From contig JAAZXH010000004.1 of the NCBI GenBank assembly GCA_014240275.1, positions 11,342-75,341 of the forward strand: a stretch of 64,000 nucleotides of DNA. The letters are read 5' to 3'. Below are positions 53,949-63,966 of the stretch, piece after piece. The first letter of the stretch is position 1. Each line of letters opens with the position of its first letter. A program made the position numbers and the translations under genes. Source of the DNA: Candidatus Peregrinibacteria bacterium (GTDB taxonomy: Bacteria > Patescibacteriota > Gracilibacteria > UBA1369 > GCA-2718715). The notes under the pieces are model-generated. The model was not told where the DNA came from and did not search any database. It saw only the letters and a list, made by a program, of their open reading frames with translations.

Positions 53949-54803
53949 TTACCAACTTGAACTTGATCCACCTCCCCCGAATGAGCCACCGCCTCCGCCT
54001 CCGAATGATCCTCCGCCTCCGCCGCTGCCGAATGATCCTCCGCCTCCAAAAAATCCTCCTCCAGAAGAGTTTCCAAGTTTTCCGTGAGAATAAAGGTAGT
54101 CAAATAATAGTCCAAGTAAACTTCCAAAGATAGTCATTCCAATTATGAAGACAAAGGTTCCTGCTAGGTAAATGCTGACTAAAAGAAAGCTTACTCCTCC
54201 AAGTATACCTCCGAGCCAGATGCTTTTGGTTTTACCTAAAATTCTTCCAATTACTGATAATAGAAATATAACAAAGTAAATTATGAAACCTATAATGTTA
54301 TCTGACGAGTTTGAGGTTTTGGTTGGGGGTGCAATATATTCCCCCTTTGTAGCTGCAATCATATTGTTTATAACTTCGCTAATAGCTTGATCATAATTAC
54401 TTGATTTTAGTAGAGGTTTAACGTCTTGTTGTATGTTAAACGTAGCTGCGTCGGTGAGGGAACCTTCTAGACCGTACCCCACTTCGATTCTGGTTTTTTT
54501 GTCATCGATGGCTAAAATGTAAAGGGCACCGGTATCTTTGTCTTTCAGCCCGATGCTATTTTTTCTTCCAAGTTCTATTCCAAATTGATCAAGTGGGTAT
54601 CCTTCAAGCGTGTCTATTGTAAAAACTCCTATCTCTATGCCAGTATTTTGTTTAAGTTGCTTTAACTGATTGGTGATTTCTGTCTTTGTTACTTGTGAAA
54701 TTACGTTTGCTTGATCGGTAACAAAAGTGTTGAGTTTTGGTATTTCAATTGCAAAGCAAGTGTTAATTAAAAGGCAAAGAGTAAGAAGGATTTTTTTACT
54801 CAT
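53949..54803 (-). CDS. TPM-domain (YgcG-like) membrane protein
   Basis: 284 aa with a signal peptide, 'VTDQANVIS' and 'TRIEVGYGLEGSLTDA'. Two TM helices are followed by a Gly-rich tail (GGGGSFGGGG repeats). Confidence 0.8.
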   Translation of the reverse strand: MSKKILLTLCLLINTCFAIEIPKLNTFVTDQANVISQVTKTEITNQLKQLKQNTGIEIGVFTIDTLEGYPLDQFGIELGRKNSIGLKDKDTGALYILAIDDKKTRIEVGYGLEGSLTDAATFNIQQDVKPLLKSSNYDQAISEVINNMIAATKGEYIAPPTKTSNSSDNIIGFIIYFVIFLLSVIGRILGKTKSIWLGGILGGVSFLLVSIYLAGTFVFIIGMTIFGSLLGLLFDYLYSHGKLGNSSGGGFFGGGGSFGSGGGGGSFGGGGGGSFGGGGSSSSW

Positions 54804-55368
54804 TTAAAATTGCTTTTAGGTCTGGGGCGGTTGTAGCTTTTTCTGGTGCTTCAAACAAAGGTTGTTTTTTAAAATTAAATATCCCGGCAATAATATTACT
54901 TGGGAATTTCATTACAACATTATTGAGTTTTAAGGTTGTTTCGTTGAAGTCTTTTCTGGCAACTCTTAGTCTGTTTTCAACTCCTTCTAGTTGAGATTGA
55001 AAGGTGAGATAACCTTTGGTTGCAGTAAGTTGTGGATAGTTTTCAAAAGTTCCTAGTAGTCTAGAAAAGACGGTGTCGAATCTTTGCCCTGCTGCAATTT
55101 TGGCGTTTGTGTTGCCAGCGTTTTGCCAGGCGCTTCTAGCTTCTGCAATTTCTGTGAAGGTTGATTTTTCAAAATCTGCTGCTTTGTTGGCTATGGCAGC
55201 TAGGTTTGGAATGAGGTCGAATCTGGATTGAAAATTGTTTTCTACTTGAGACCAAGCTGTGTCTCTGGCGTTGCTTTTTCCAATTAAGTTATTGTAGGTG
55301 CCTCCTGTATATAAAAGAATGATAAGGATGATACCTAAAAGAACATGTGACGTCTTAAATTTTGGCAT
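54796..55368 (-). CDS. LemA family protein
   Basis: 190 aa with an N-terminal TM helix and 'YNNLIGKSNARDTAWSQVENNFQSRFDLIPNL'. It overlaps the TPM gene by 8 nt, the usual LemA-TPM pairing. Confidence 0.9.
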   Translation of the reverse strand: MPKFKTSHVLLGIILIILLYTGGTYNNLIGKSNARDTAWSQVENNFQSRFDLIPNLAAIANKAADFEKSTFTEIAEARSAWQNAGNTNAKIAAGQRFDTVFSRLLGTFENYPQLTATKGYLTFQSQLEGVENRLRVARKDFNETTLKLNNVVMKFPSNIIAGIFNFKKQPLFEAPEKATTAPDLKAILNE

Positions 55369-55427
55369 TTTGTTTTATTAATAAAGTGATTTTATTTTAT
55401 CACAATTTTAATATTTGGTACAAGTGC

Positions 55428-56363
55428 TTATAGGCAGATGTGTTTGTATTCGATTAGATCTGGGTTTGCAATTTGGATTTTGGAAATTGTTTTTTGGCAT
55501 TGTCCGATCCCAAAAACATATTCGTTTTGTTTGATGAGGTTATGCGGGTTTAGAGCAATTATGTACCCTTCAATTGGGCTTTGGATTTCAATTGGATTAT
55601 GAATATTGTTTTCGTATGCGATTGCTATGGTATCACCTTTTTTGATAGTTTGCCCAAGTTTGACTTTAGGGTAAATGAGTAGGGTTGTTTTGGCTTTAAA
55701 TCTGTATCTTTGATAAATTGGAATAGTTTTGTTGCGTTTGGCTAAACCTTCTAGATTTCCGTTATATTTTAAGATGTTTAAGATTAAATTGATTTGTTTT
55801 TCAATTTGTTCTGGATTCACTTGGTAATTACCACCAGATTCGATTGTTACAAAAGGTTTATTGAGTTTGTTCATAAAGTCGTTGATCATGCCATTTTTGT
55901 GATCTCGAATAAAGCAAAATGGAACTTCTAGGTGATTCATAAAGTCTTTCAAATGGCATTGGTTTTTAGGTATGCGAGCGTGTAAGACTAAATTATAGGT
56001 GCTTCCGGAATCGTGAAAATCAATTCCGTAATCGATTTTTTTAAGGATCTCTTGGTTGATTTGTTTGCTTAGTGGGTGTTCTAATTTGTCGGTGAAGGTG
56101 CGGTTTAAATCAGTTTCATCGTATCTACGATTGCGTTTTTTAAAGCCTTCTGGATTCAGGTGTGGGGCAACAATAATGGTTCCTGAAAATAGTTCGCTAT
56201 GTTTTTTGAGATATTGAAAAAACTCTAAGGCTACAAACATACCGTTGGCTTCGTTACCGTGGATACCCCCAGATATTAAAACTGTTTTACCTGGTTTGTT
56301 TGATTTGTAGACATAATAGTTGAGTTGGGTATTCCTATATTGCAAAGTGTGATTGGAGAACAT
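55428..56363 (-). CDS. succinylglutamate desuccinylase/aspartoacylase (AstE/AspA) family zinc hydrolase
   Basis: 311 aa with 'ISGGIHGNEANG' and a later 'DFHD'. Confidence 0.75.
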   Translation of the reverse strand: MFSNHTLQYRNTQLNYYVYKSNKPGKTVLISGGIHGNEANGMFVALEFFQYLKKHSELFSGTIIVAPHLNPEGFKKRNRRYDETDLNRTFTDKLEHPLSKQINQEILKKIDYGIDFHDSGSTYNLVLHARIPKNQCHLKDFMNHLEVPFCFIRDHKNGMINDFMNKLNKPFVTIESGGNYQVNPEQIEKQINLILNILKYNGNLEGLAKRNKTIPIYQRYRFKAKTTLLIYPKVKLGQTIKKGDTIAIAYENNIHNPIEIQSPIEGYIIALNPHNLIKQNEYVFGIGQCQKTISKIQIANPDLIEYKHICL

Positions 56364-56391
56364 ATTTAATTTATAACATTTGTTTATTATA

Positions 56392-57474
56392 TCATATTTT
56401 TTGGTAATTTGGAATGTTTTTTTGTAGTTCTTTTAAAGCCCACTGGGCATGTTCTTGAATTATTGGGTCTGAGTCTTGGCACAGAAGCTGGATTTCTGGT
56501 AGTAGGTCTAGTCGCTTGAGGTTGCTTGTGACTATACAGGCGTTTCTAAGAAGTTTACTTCGTTTGGCTCTCATTAAAGGAGAACCCGCAAATTTTTGAG
56601 TGAATGTTTCGTCATTTGGAATGGATAAAATTTCTTTTAAATTTAGGCTTTCTCCAGCAATTGGTTTTAGAAAGTCGGGTTCTTGGCTGACTTTGGCTCG
56701 AAAATTGTGTGGGCAGACTTCTTGGCAAATATCACATCCAAATAACCAGTTACCAATTTTGGGTCTGAGTTCTACAGGAATAGACCCAGAATGTTCGATG
56801 GTTAGGTAGGAAATGCATTTGCTGGCATCAATTTTGTAGTCTTGGCTAAGTGCGTTGGTTGGGCAGGCGGTTTGGCATTTTTGGCATGATCCGCAGACCA
56901 TTTTCTTTCGATCAAATGCTAGGTCGTAATCTAACTTAGCGTCTGTTATGATTTCGCCTAGTAGGATCCATGATCCGTATTTTTTACTTATAAGCATGGT
57001 GTTTTTACCAATATAGCCTAAGCCCGAGAGTTCAGCATATTGTCTTTCAAGTAGAGGGCCTGAGTCTGCAAAGAAGCGAAAATTTTGATGATTAGCAGTT
57101 AATGTTTGGCTAAGGATTTTAAGTTTTTTACGAAAGACTTTGTGATAGTCTCTACCAAAGGCGTATCGCGCTACTTGCCCTTCACGATGTTGTGGAATAT
57201 GGAGTTTTGGAGCCCAGTTGTTGGCGTTTTTTCGAGCTTGAAAATAATTTAGGCTGACTAAAATAATACTTTTGGCATTTGGGACAATTTGGCAAGGATT
57301 GGTTTTTAGGCTTTGGTGTTTGCGTAAATAGTCCATTTCCCCATGTTGTTTTTTATCTAGAAAATTTTGATAGTGTTTTTGGTAACTATCTAAATTATCG
57401 GCAGGGCAAATTTTGCATTGCGAAAAGTTGAGTGATAAGGCGGAATCTTTGATTTGTTGACTAAGGCTTGGCAT
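56392..57474 (-). CDS. queG: tRNA epoxyqueuosine(34) reductase
   Basis: 360 aa with two ferredoxin-type clusters, 'CGSCQKCQTACPTNAL' and 'CDICQEVCPHN', and a C-terminal HEAT-like segment. Confidence 0.88.
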   Translation of the reverse strand: MPSLSQQIKDSALSLNFSQCKICPADNLDSYQKHYQNFLDKKQHGEMDYLRKHQSLKTNPCQIVPNAKSIILVSLNYFQARKNANNWAPKLHIPQHREGQVARYAFGRDYHKVFRKKLKILSQTLTANHQNFRFFADSGPLLERQYAELSGLGYIGKNTMLISKKYGSWILLGEIITDAKLDYDLAFDRKKMVCGSCQKCQTACPTNALSQDYKIDASKCISYLTIEHSGSIPVELRPKIGNWLFGCDICQEVCPHNFRAKVSQEPDFLKPIAGESLNLKEILSIPNDETFTQKFAGSPLMRAKRSKLLRNACIVTSNLKRLDLLPEIQLLCQDSDPIIQEHAQWALKELQKNIPNYQKI

Positions 57475-57517
57475 TTTTCTCCCAAAATATAATATTTGGT
57501 TTGCTTTGTCAATTTAT

Positions 57518-59905
57518 TTAGGCTTGTCTGACTTCGGCTTTGATTTTTTTGAGTTGAGCAAGGCAGGCTTGAATAGCATTTTCTTGGTCTTGACTAGTTA
57601 AGGTCTGGTTTGGGTCTTGCAGAGTAATTTGATAACTTAAAGCCTTTTTGTCGGCTGGAATATTACTTCCTTCGTAAGTATCAAACAGTTTAACTTGGCA
57701 AATTAATTTGGAGGCTTTGAGTAGGCAACTGTGAATTTCTTGATGGTATTGTTGCTTGTTACAGAGAATTGAAAGGTCGAAGGAAATACTTGGGAAGCGT
57801 GAAAATTCTTGAAGATTTACAGTTTTGAGATGTAAGTGAGAGAATAATCCGAAGTTGATTTCTGAGTAAGCTATCGCTTCTTCTGCTAAGTCGTATTGTT
57901 TAAGTACTTTCGGGTTGATTAGGTAAATTTGTCCGATAGTTTGGCCTTGAATTATGATGTCGGCACAACAGTTTGGGTGGGCAGATTGGTTTGGAGCGGT
58001 ACTTGGTTTAAATTGGTACTTGAGATTGTAACCTTGTATGATGTTTTCGAGGGCACCTTTGAGTTTTAAGAAAGCCTGTGGTCCATTTTGCATGATAGAA
58101 AGGTGAGTTTCTTCGGCTGGCATGAAGTTTTCTGTTTTAAGGTAAATTCTGCCAAATTCAAATGTCTGGATTTTAGTTTGATTTTTTAAATTGAGTTTTA
58201 GGTTTTTAAGCATGTTTGGAATCAGACTAGTACGTAGGTGGCTTTGCTCTAAGGATAGGTAATTTTTCATTTTGAGAGCTTGGTCTTTGCGGTCTGAGCA
58301 AGCTAGGTCTTGTTGATTGAAGAAAGAGTAATTTTTGACTTCAAAGTATCCGTAATCAGCTAATTTATGTCGGATTTGATTACTTAAATTACGATGTTTG
58401 TATTGGAGGGGAGGTTGGCAACTGTCTTGAGGTAGGACGCTTGGAATTTTATTATATCCGTAAATTCGCCCGATTTCTTCAATTAGGTCGTAGTCATAGT
58501 TGACGTCGTTTTGGCTACGAAAACTAGGGACTTTTACTAGAATATGGTCGCTGAGGTCTTGGGTTTCGAATCCGAGTCTGTTTAATATGTCTTGAATTTC
58601 TTGGTTAGGAATTTTGATGCCAAGGTAAGATTCGACTTTTTGAGTTGAAAGTTTAATTGTTTTTTCGTCTAATTTGTTTTGAAAATTATCGTAGAGTTGA
58701 GAGCTGATTTCTAGGTTTGGACAGGTTAATTTAAGGATTTCGATAAAGCGATTCAGGGCTTTTGTTGCTTGGGTAGGGTCGATTTGCTTTTCTTGTCTTT
58801 GAACTCCATCGGTGCGAATTTTGTGTTTATTGGCACTTTTACGAATTATGTTAAATTGGAAACAACCTACTTCGGCTAGAATTTCGCTAGTATCTTGGGT
58901 AATTGCTGATTCTTGGCTGCCAATTATACCAAGTAGGGATTGAGGTTTGGCATTAGACTTTAAGATTGGGTCAAACTCTGTTAGTTGGTAGGTTTTTTGG
59001 TCGAGGGCTGCAAATTCAGTTTGGTCTTTAGCATAGCAGATTTCTAGGTCTTCAAAGTTGATTTTTTGGGTGTCGTAGGCGTGCATAGGTTGGCCCATCT
59101 CGTGCAGTACGTAATTTGTAGCATCTACAATATTGTTGATAGTTTTAATTCCACAGTGGTTGAGTTTGTCTTGAATTTCTTTTGGAGAATCACAGATTGT
59201 AAGATTAGAAATTTTTAGTAGTAGGATGCGTTGTAAGATTTCTGGGTTGTTGATTTGTACTTTTAAAATTTCGCTAGCGGTATTGTCAGCTAGAAAGTTT
59301 GGTACTTCAAGATCGTTAAATTCAGTGGAGGTAATTGCTGCTAATTCTCGTGCAAGTCCGATTACGGACCATAAGTCTGGTCGGTTAGTAATGGATTTGT
59401 TATCGATGTCTAAAATGAGATTTGGCATGTTTAGAGCGCTGTGAAGGTCTTGGCCGACTGTGAGGTTTAGAGCAGTTAGGTCTAGAATTTCGTTGTTTTG
59501 GCTAGGACCGAGCCCGATTTCGTCGCTGGCGGCTATCATTCCGAAACTCTCTACATCTCTAATTTTGGTGTTTTTAATAGTTACTTCGTCTGTACCGTGC
59601 CAAAGGACTTTGGCGCCTTCTTGGCAGTATGCAATGATTTGATTTTCTGATAAATTGCTTCCACCGCAAACTACTTGGTGGGTTTTTGCGCCATCTGAAA
59701 CTTGGCAGATTTTGAGTTTGTCTGCTTTGGGGTGTTTTTCAATGCTGATAATTTTTCCTACAATAATATGTTGGAGTTTTTGATTTAAGTCTTCGTATCC
59801 GTCAATTTCAAAACTGTGAAAGGTAAAAAGTTGGCGGATTTCTTCTGGGCTTAGATTTTGGTCGAAATTAGTATGGCTTTTGAGCCAGTCATAAATCATT
59901 AACAT
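57518..59905 (-). CDS. pheT: phenylalanine--tRNA ligase beta subunit
   Basis: 795 aa with the N-terminal tRNA-binding domain 'VGKIISIEKHPKADKLKICQV' and B3/4 and B5 regions. It lies directly after pheS. Confidence 0.93.
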   Translation of the reverse strand: MLMIYDWLKSHTNFDQNLSPEEIRQLFTFHSFEIDGYEDLNQKLQHIIVGKIISIEKHPKADKLKICQVSDGAKTHQVVCGGSNLSENQIIAYCQEGAKVLWHGTDEVTIKNTKIRDVESFGMIAASDEIGLGPSQNNEILDLTALNLTVGQDLHSALNMPNLILDIDNKSITNRPDLWSVIGLARELAAITSTEFNDLEVPNFLADNTASEILKVQINNPEILQRILLLKISNLTICDSPKEIQDKLNHCGIKTINNIVDATNYVLHEMGQPMHAYDTQKINFEDLEICYAKDQTEFAALDQKTYQLTEFDPILKSNAKPQSLLGIIGSQESAITQDTSEILAEVGCFQFNIIRKSANKHKIRTDGVQRQEKQIDPTQATKALNRFIEILKLTCPNLEISSQLYDNFQNKLDEKTIKLSTQKVESYLGIKIPNQEIQDILNRLGFETQDLSDHILVKVPSFRSQNDVNYDYDLIEEIGRIYGYNKIPSVLPQDSCQPPLQYKHRNLSNQIRHKLADYGYFEVKNYSFFNQQDLACSDRKDQALKMKNYLSLEQSHLRTSLIPNMLKNLKLNLKNQTKIQTFEFGRIYLKTENFMPAEETHLSIMQNGPQAFLKLKGALENIIQGYNLKYQFKPSTAPNQSAHPNCCADIIIQGQTIGQIYLINPKVLKQYDLAEEAIAYSEINFGLFSHLHLKTVNLQEFSRFPSISFDLSILCNKQQYHQEIHSCLLKASKLICQVKLFDTYEGSNIPADKKALSYQITLQDPNQTLTSQDQENAIQACLAQLKKIKAEVRQA

Positions 59906-59906
59906 A

Positions 59907-60941
59907 TTAGAATTGTTTTAAAAATCGAATGTCGTTTTCACGGAAGTGTTTGATGTTTTGAATGTTGTGATAAAGCATTGCAAGGCGATCGAGTCCAAAT
60001 CCGAAGGCAAAACCTTGGTATTCGTTAGGGTCTACTTTGGCACTTTTAAGTACGTTTGGGTGGACCATTCCGGCTCCAGCTAACTCAATAAATTTAGTAT
60101 ATTTACAAACTCGGCAGCCGTCTTTGCAGAAAGGGCAAGAAAAGTCGAATTCTACGCTTGGTTCTGTAAAAGGGAAGTAGCCGGGGCGCATTTGAATTTC
60201 AATTTTTTTCTCAAAAAGTTTAGTAAGGAATTCTTGAAAAATTCCTTTAAGATTGGCAATGCTAATGTTTTTGTCTATATATAAACCTTCGATTTGAAAG
60301 AGTGTGTGTTCATGAGTTGCGTCTTGGTCTTCATATCTAAAACATCGTCCAGGAATTATAGCTTTAATTGGAACTTTATGTTGTAGCATTCCACGAACTT
60401 GGACTGGTGAGGTATGAGTTCTAAGTAGCAGTTTGTCGCCGTCTTTGTTTTGTGGTTCACCTACAAAATAGGTGTCGTGCATGTCCCGGGCTGGGTGGTC
60501 TTTTTTAAAATTTAGTGCGTCGAAGTTGAAGTAATCACTTTCTACTTCTGGTCCGTCTAAGATCATAAATCCCATTTTCTGAAAAATTTCTTCGACCTTT
60601 TCTTGTATTAAAGAAAGTGGATGAACAGCTCCTTTTTGGGGTTTTATTCCTGGAAGAGTGACGTCATGCCATTGTTCTAAAATTGCATCTAGAGCTTTGT
60701 CTTGAATGTTTTGTTTTTGGTTTTGGATGTGAGTGTTGATGTCTTGTTTGACTTGGTTGGCAAGTTTTCCGATTTCTGCTCTATCTTCTTTTGGTAGGTC
60801 TTTTACACCTTTTAAAATTTCGTTTAAGGAGCCTTTTTTACCTAGGAAGCTTTTTTCAGTTTCTAGTAGTTCTGCTTCAGTATTACATTTGTTAATTTTC
60901 TCAATGGCTTGTTTGAGAATATCTTGAATTTGATTTTGCAT
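59907..60941 (-). CDS. pheS: phenylalanine--tRNA ligase alpha subunit
   Basis: 344 aa with class II motifs 'HPARDMHDTYF', 'FPFTEPS' and 'GFAFGFGLDRLAML'. Confidence 0.95.
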   Translation of the reverse strand: MQNQIQDILKQAIEKINKCNTEAELLETEKSFLGKKGSLNEILKGVKDLPKEDRAEIGKLANQVKQDINTHIQNQKQNIQDKALDAILEQWHDVTLPGIKPQKGAVHPLSLIQEKVEEIFQKMGFMILDGPEVESDYFNFDALNFKKDHPARDMHDTYFVGEPQNKDGDKLLLRTHTSPVQVRGMLQHKVPIKAIIPGRCFRYEDQDATHEHTLFQIEGLYIDKNISIANLKGIFQEFLTKLFEKKIEIQMRPGYFPFTEPSVEFDFSCPFCKDGCRVCKYTKFIELAGAGMVHPNVLKSAKVDPNEYQGFAFGFGLDRLAMLYHNIQNIKHFRENDIRFLKQF

Positions 60942-60959
60942 ACAAAAAATTACCTTTTT

Positions 60960-60988
60960 ATATTAAACTTTAAATTCATGTTTTGCAA
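60960..60988 (-). promoter_or_regulatory. possible sigma70-like promoter for pheST
   Basis: The minus strand has TTGCAA (60988-60983), a 17-nt spacer, then TAATAT (60965-60960), 18 nt before the pheS ATG. Confidence 0.35.
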
Positions 60989-60993
60989 TATAT

Positions 60994-61020
60994 AAAAAAC
61001 ACCCCATTGGATGAGGTGTT
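60994..61020 (-). terminator. rho-independent terminator after the HU gene
   Basis: The minus strand reads AACACCTC-atccaat-GGGGTGTT followed by TTTTTATA. Confidence 0.6.
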
Positions 61021-61043
61021 TTGCTCTTTTAGCTTGTTTGAGA

Positions 61044-61319
61044 TTATCTAACAGCGTCTTTAAGAGTTTTACCAGGTTTGAAAGCTGGAAGCTTCATAGC
61101 TGGGATATCGATAGTTTGTTGTGGATTTCTTGGGTTAACACCTTTGCGGGCAGCACGGTGAGAAATTCTGAAAGTTCCAAAACCAGTAATTGTTACTGAT
61201 TCGCCTTTTTGAAGGCTTGCAGTTACGCTGTCAAGCATAGCATCGATTATAGCTTGAGCGTCTTTTTTGGTAACACCTGCAGCAGCTGCTGAAGCGTTGA
61301 TCAAGTCTTGTTTAGTCAT
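61044..61319 (-). CDS. hup: HU-family DNA-binding protein
   Basis: 91 aa with 'MTKQDLI' and 'GFGTFRISHRAARKGVNPRNPQ..I.IPA...P.FK.GK.LKDAV'. Confidence 0.93.
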   Translation of the reverse strand: MTKQDLINASAAAAGVTKKDAQAIIDAMLDSVTASLQKGESVTITGFGTFRISHRAARKGVNPRNPQQTIDIPAMKLPAFKPGKTLKDAVR

Positions 61320-61537
61320 TTTAAAATAGGTTAAAACAAGTCAATTATAGTTTAAGTTAGCTAATTTACAAGTAAAACTTCTGAAACCCCCCTAAATAAA
61401 TAGGTATTATGGCTCTTTTGAGCCATTTGTAAATATATAATCAGTCTCTATACAGCTTTGTACATGGTTTTTTGGTGAAATTTTATGTTTAATATTTATG
61501 GAAAATATGATAGAATAATATTTTGTGAGATAAATAT

Positions 61538-63937
61538 ATGAATAGTTTGTTAAAAAAAGTAGTATGTGGAAAGTTGTTAGGGCTTTTGGTAACTACCGTA
61601 ATTTGGCAAACTAATTTAACAGCCCATGCCGCTGAGAATCCTGTTTTGGAAGATTGTGTTAACTTGCAAGGAAATAGCACTTTGCTCCCTGGTAATCGTG
61701 CTGATTTAGATGTCGGTGTTATATCAGCTTCGCCACCCTTTTTAGACGATCAGTATCGGGTTTGTGTAAAACCACAAACTTTTGTTGATGCTCCTATGGA
61801 AATGCATGGTTGGGGTTTTAATACTAATCTAGGTTGGGTGAGTTTTAGAAATCATAACCCTGGAGCTGGTTTTGAAAATAGGGGAGTAGCAATTAGTAGT
61901 AATATTGAATATGGTGCCAACATATATAAAGAAGCAAATGGTTATAGTATTCGGGGTTATATTTGGGGTGATAACTTAGGTTGGGTCAAAATGAATTGTA
62001 AGAGCGACCCTACTTTAAATTATGATAAGGATTTATGTTTAGATTCTAATTTTGGAGTTTCGATTACAAACAAACCCGATAAAAATGGGGATTATCTTTT
62101 CTCTGGTTTAGCTTGGAGTGAAACTTTTAAACAATGGATAAATTTTAAAGGTATGAAAGTAAAGTTGCCTTTAAGTAAGTTGAATTTGAATCCTGTTATT
62201 ACAGCTAGGCCCTATGCTTCTTCGAATAATGCTATGCGACAAGGGTCTAAGGTTGTAGCAAATGGAAGGCAAGGGTATAGGTTGAAGTTAGAGTTCTTTT
62301 CTGATAATGGAGAAAACAAAACTGCTGATTTTGAGGAGGCGGGTTTAGATTTTTGTTTTATTTTTGATGATCAAAGAAAGTTAAATTTGTCTGACTCTGA
62401 TACGCAATTGGCTGAGAGTTGTACTGATCATCCTAATCAAAATTGGCCAATTGATTTAGATTCATTTAATTCGGTTGATTTTAGTTTTGCTAGAACCTCT
62501 TATATATCTTCGTTATTTACATCGATGGTTCCGGCTAACAATGAGCTTGCTATTAAGGCTATCGTTATGAGTGATGGTGTGAATGAGCGAAGGGTGGATA
62601 TTGAAAAGGTTTTGAATTTTGAAAGTCCAATTCAGTTTTTTGTTGATATGCAAACTAATATTGATAATCCTCTAAGTTTGAATAACTGTGAGAGGAATTC
62701 GCTTCAAGCTTCGGAATATCTTTTTGAATATGGAGAAAACAATTTTTTCTTTTGTAATGATTTTATAAAAGGTGGTTTGGATTCTTATGAGGTAGACTTG
62801 GCAATGGAGTCGAATGTAGTGAGCCCAGCTTTAAATTTAGATTTTTACGAGGCCCCGATTTTAGAAGAGGGCCCTGTTAATTTAGATGTTGATACCCCGG
62901 TAGAAGGTGTTTTTGTGGATATCCCTAATCAAAATATTCCGTTAGCTGACTTAAGGTTACGTTTAACTGGTGAATATAAGATTGGTTTTGGTGGGGTTGA
63001 GTATCAAAGGCCGGTTCCAAATTTTGGTTCGCTGATAGAGCGTTATGGTTTAAATGTTAGGGGTTTGGTTAAAGCACGGGGTCAAGGTGCTGCTAATGGT
63101 GCTACTATGAGTACTGCGGTTTCGCGTTTGAAAAAGCAAGTTGCAACTTTGAAAGCCAGTAAATTTAAATGTGAGTTTCCTTTAAGAAATCGTGATTTAA
63201 AGCTTTGTGAAAGTGACTTTGAAGACAATTTGTTTTTTATTCAAAACTCTACAGATAATCAAAGGTATATTCGCGTATCTATTTTGGAGCAATTTTTAGC
63301 TGAGAATCCAAATGCAGTTGTAGTTTTGAAAGGTTTGGATTTGTATTTTGATAAAAATTTAAATTTTGCTCCGGGTCATACAAATGGTTTTGTGGTTTTA
63401 GATAGTGATGTTTATATTAAAGCGGAAGTTACAGATATTAGAGCTCATTTGTATGCAGATGGTTTGATTAAAACCGTCGTTAGTTTACCTTATGAAAGAG
63501 TGTTAGAGGAAGATGCGAGTTTGTATTCTCAGTTGGCTTTTGTGGGCTCCTTAATAGTTGATAACTGTATTAAGTGTTCACAGTTAGAACAAAAGCGTTT
63601 GGCAGATGGTAAGTTAGTTCAAACTGATTCAGATGAACAAAAGTTGCGTGAGCAAGATTTATGGTATTTGCGTCGTTCTCCTATGGAGTTTAAGTTTATA
63701 AAACTTGATCCTCTTCCTCTTCCTTTTTATGCTGATTGTGAAAGTGGTGCTAGTACTGGTGTTCCGGTTGCAGAGCCCTTGAATTATAGATGGGCTTGTG
63801 CAATGGATTCAGTTGCGGGTGAGGAAGTTTTGCTTTCTGAGATTTTGCCAGATTATAATTTTACCTTTCCTTTTTCGACTAATTTGATTTACTCTGTGCC
63901 TCCTGCTGACATGCCAGTGTTTGGTGTAAAAAGGTAA
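61538..63937 (+). CDS. large secreted hypothetical protein with aromatic GW-type motifs
   Basis: 799 aa with the signal peptide 'LLGLLVTTVIWQTNLTAHA|AE'. Three N-terminal motifs are 'GWGFNTNLGWVSF', 'GYIWGDNLGWVKM' and 'GLAWSETFKQWINF'. The remainder has no family I recognise. Confidence 0.65.
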   Translation: MNSLLKKVVCGKLLGLLVTTVIWQTNLTAHAAENPVLEDCVNLQGNSTLLPGNRADLDVGVISASPPFLDDQYRVCVKPQTFVDAPMEMHGWGFNTNLGWVSFRNHNPGAGFENRGVAISSNIEYGANIYKEANGYSIRGYIWGDNLGWVKMNCKSDPTLNYDKDLCLDSNFGVSITNKPDKNGDYLFSGLAWSETFKQWINFKGMKVKLPLSKLNLNPVITARPYASSNNAMRQGSKVVANGRQGYRLKLEFFSDNGENKTADFEEAGLDFCFIFDDQRKLNLSDSDTQLAESCTDHPNQNWPIDLDSFNSVDFSFARTSYISSLFTSMVPANNELAIKAIVMSDGVNERRVDIEKVLNFESPIQFFVDMQTNIDNPLSLNNCERNSLQASEYLFEYGENNFFFCNDFIKGGLDSYEVDLAMESNVVSPALNLDFYEAPILEEGPVNLDVDTPVEGVFVDIPNQNIPLADLRLRLTGEYKIGFGGVEYQRPVPNFGSLIERYGLNVRGLVKARGQGAANGATMSTAVSRLKKQVATLKASKFKCEFPLRNRDLKLCESDFEDNLFFIQNSTDNQRYIRVSILEQFLAENPNAVVVLKGLDLYFDKNLNFAPGHTNGFVVLDSDVYIKAEVTDIRAHLYADGLIKTVVSLPYERVLEEDASLYSQLAFVGSLIVDNCIKCSQLEQKRLADGKLVQTDSDEQKLREQDLWYLRRSPMEFKFIKLDPLPLPFYADCESGASTGVPVAEPLNYRWACAMDSVAGEEVLLSEILPDYNFTFPFSTNLIYSVPPADMPVFGVKR

Positions 63938-63941
63938 TAAA

Positions 63942-63966
63942 AAAACTCACCTTGTTTGGTGAGTTT
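63942..63966 (+). terminator. rho-independent terminator
   Basis: AAACTCACC-ttgttt-GGTGAGTTT followed by T, forming a 9-bp perfect stem. Confidence 0.65.

Noticed and set aside
53939-54133. Two ~60-aa ORFs (both strands) over the GGCGGAGG-type repeats
   Set aside because: They lie within the Gly-rich C-terminal tail of the TPM-domain gene (53949-54803), which is the supported frame.
60942-61043. Looked for a T-box or attenuator leader upstream of pheST
   Set aside because: Only ~100 nt separate pheS from hup, and they are filled by the hup terminator and a candidate promoter. There is no room for a T-box-sized leader.
61409-61426. Perfect 7-bp hairpin ATGGCTC-tttt-GAGCCAT in the divergent hup/799-aa gene intergenic region
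   Set aside because: The stem is short with no T-tract, and both flanking genes point away from it, so it is not a terminator. It could be an operator, but there is no supporting evidence.
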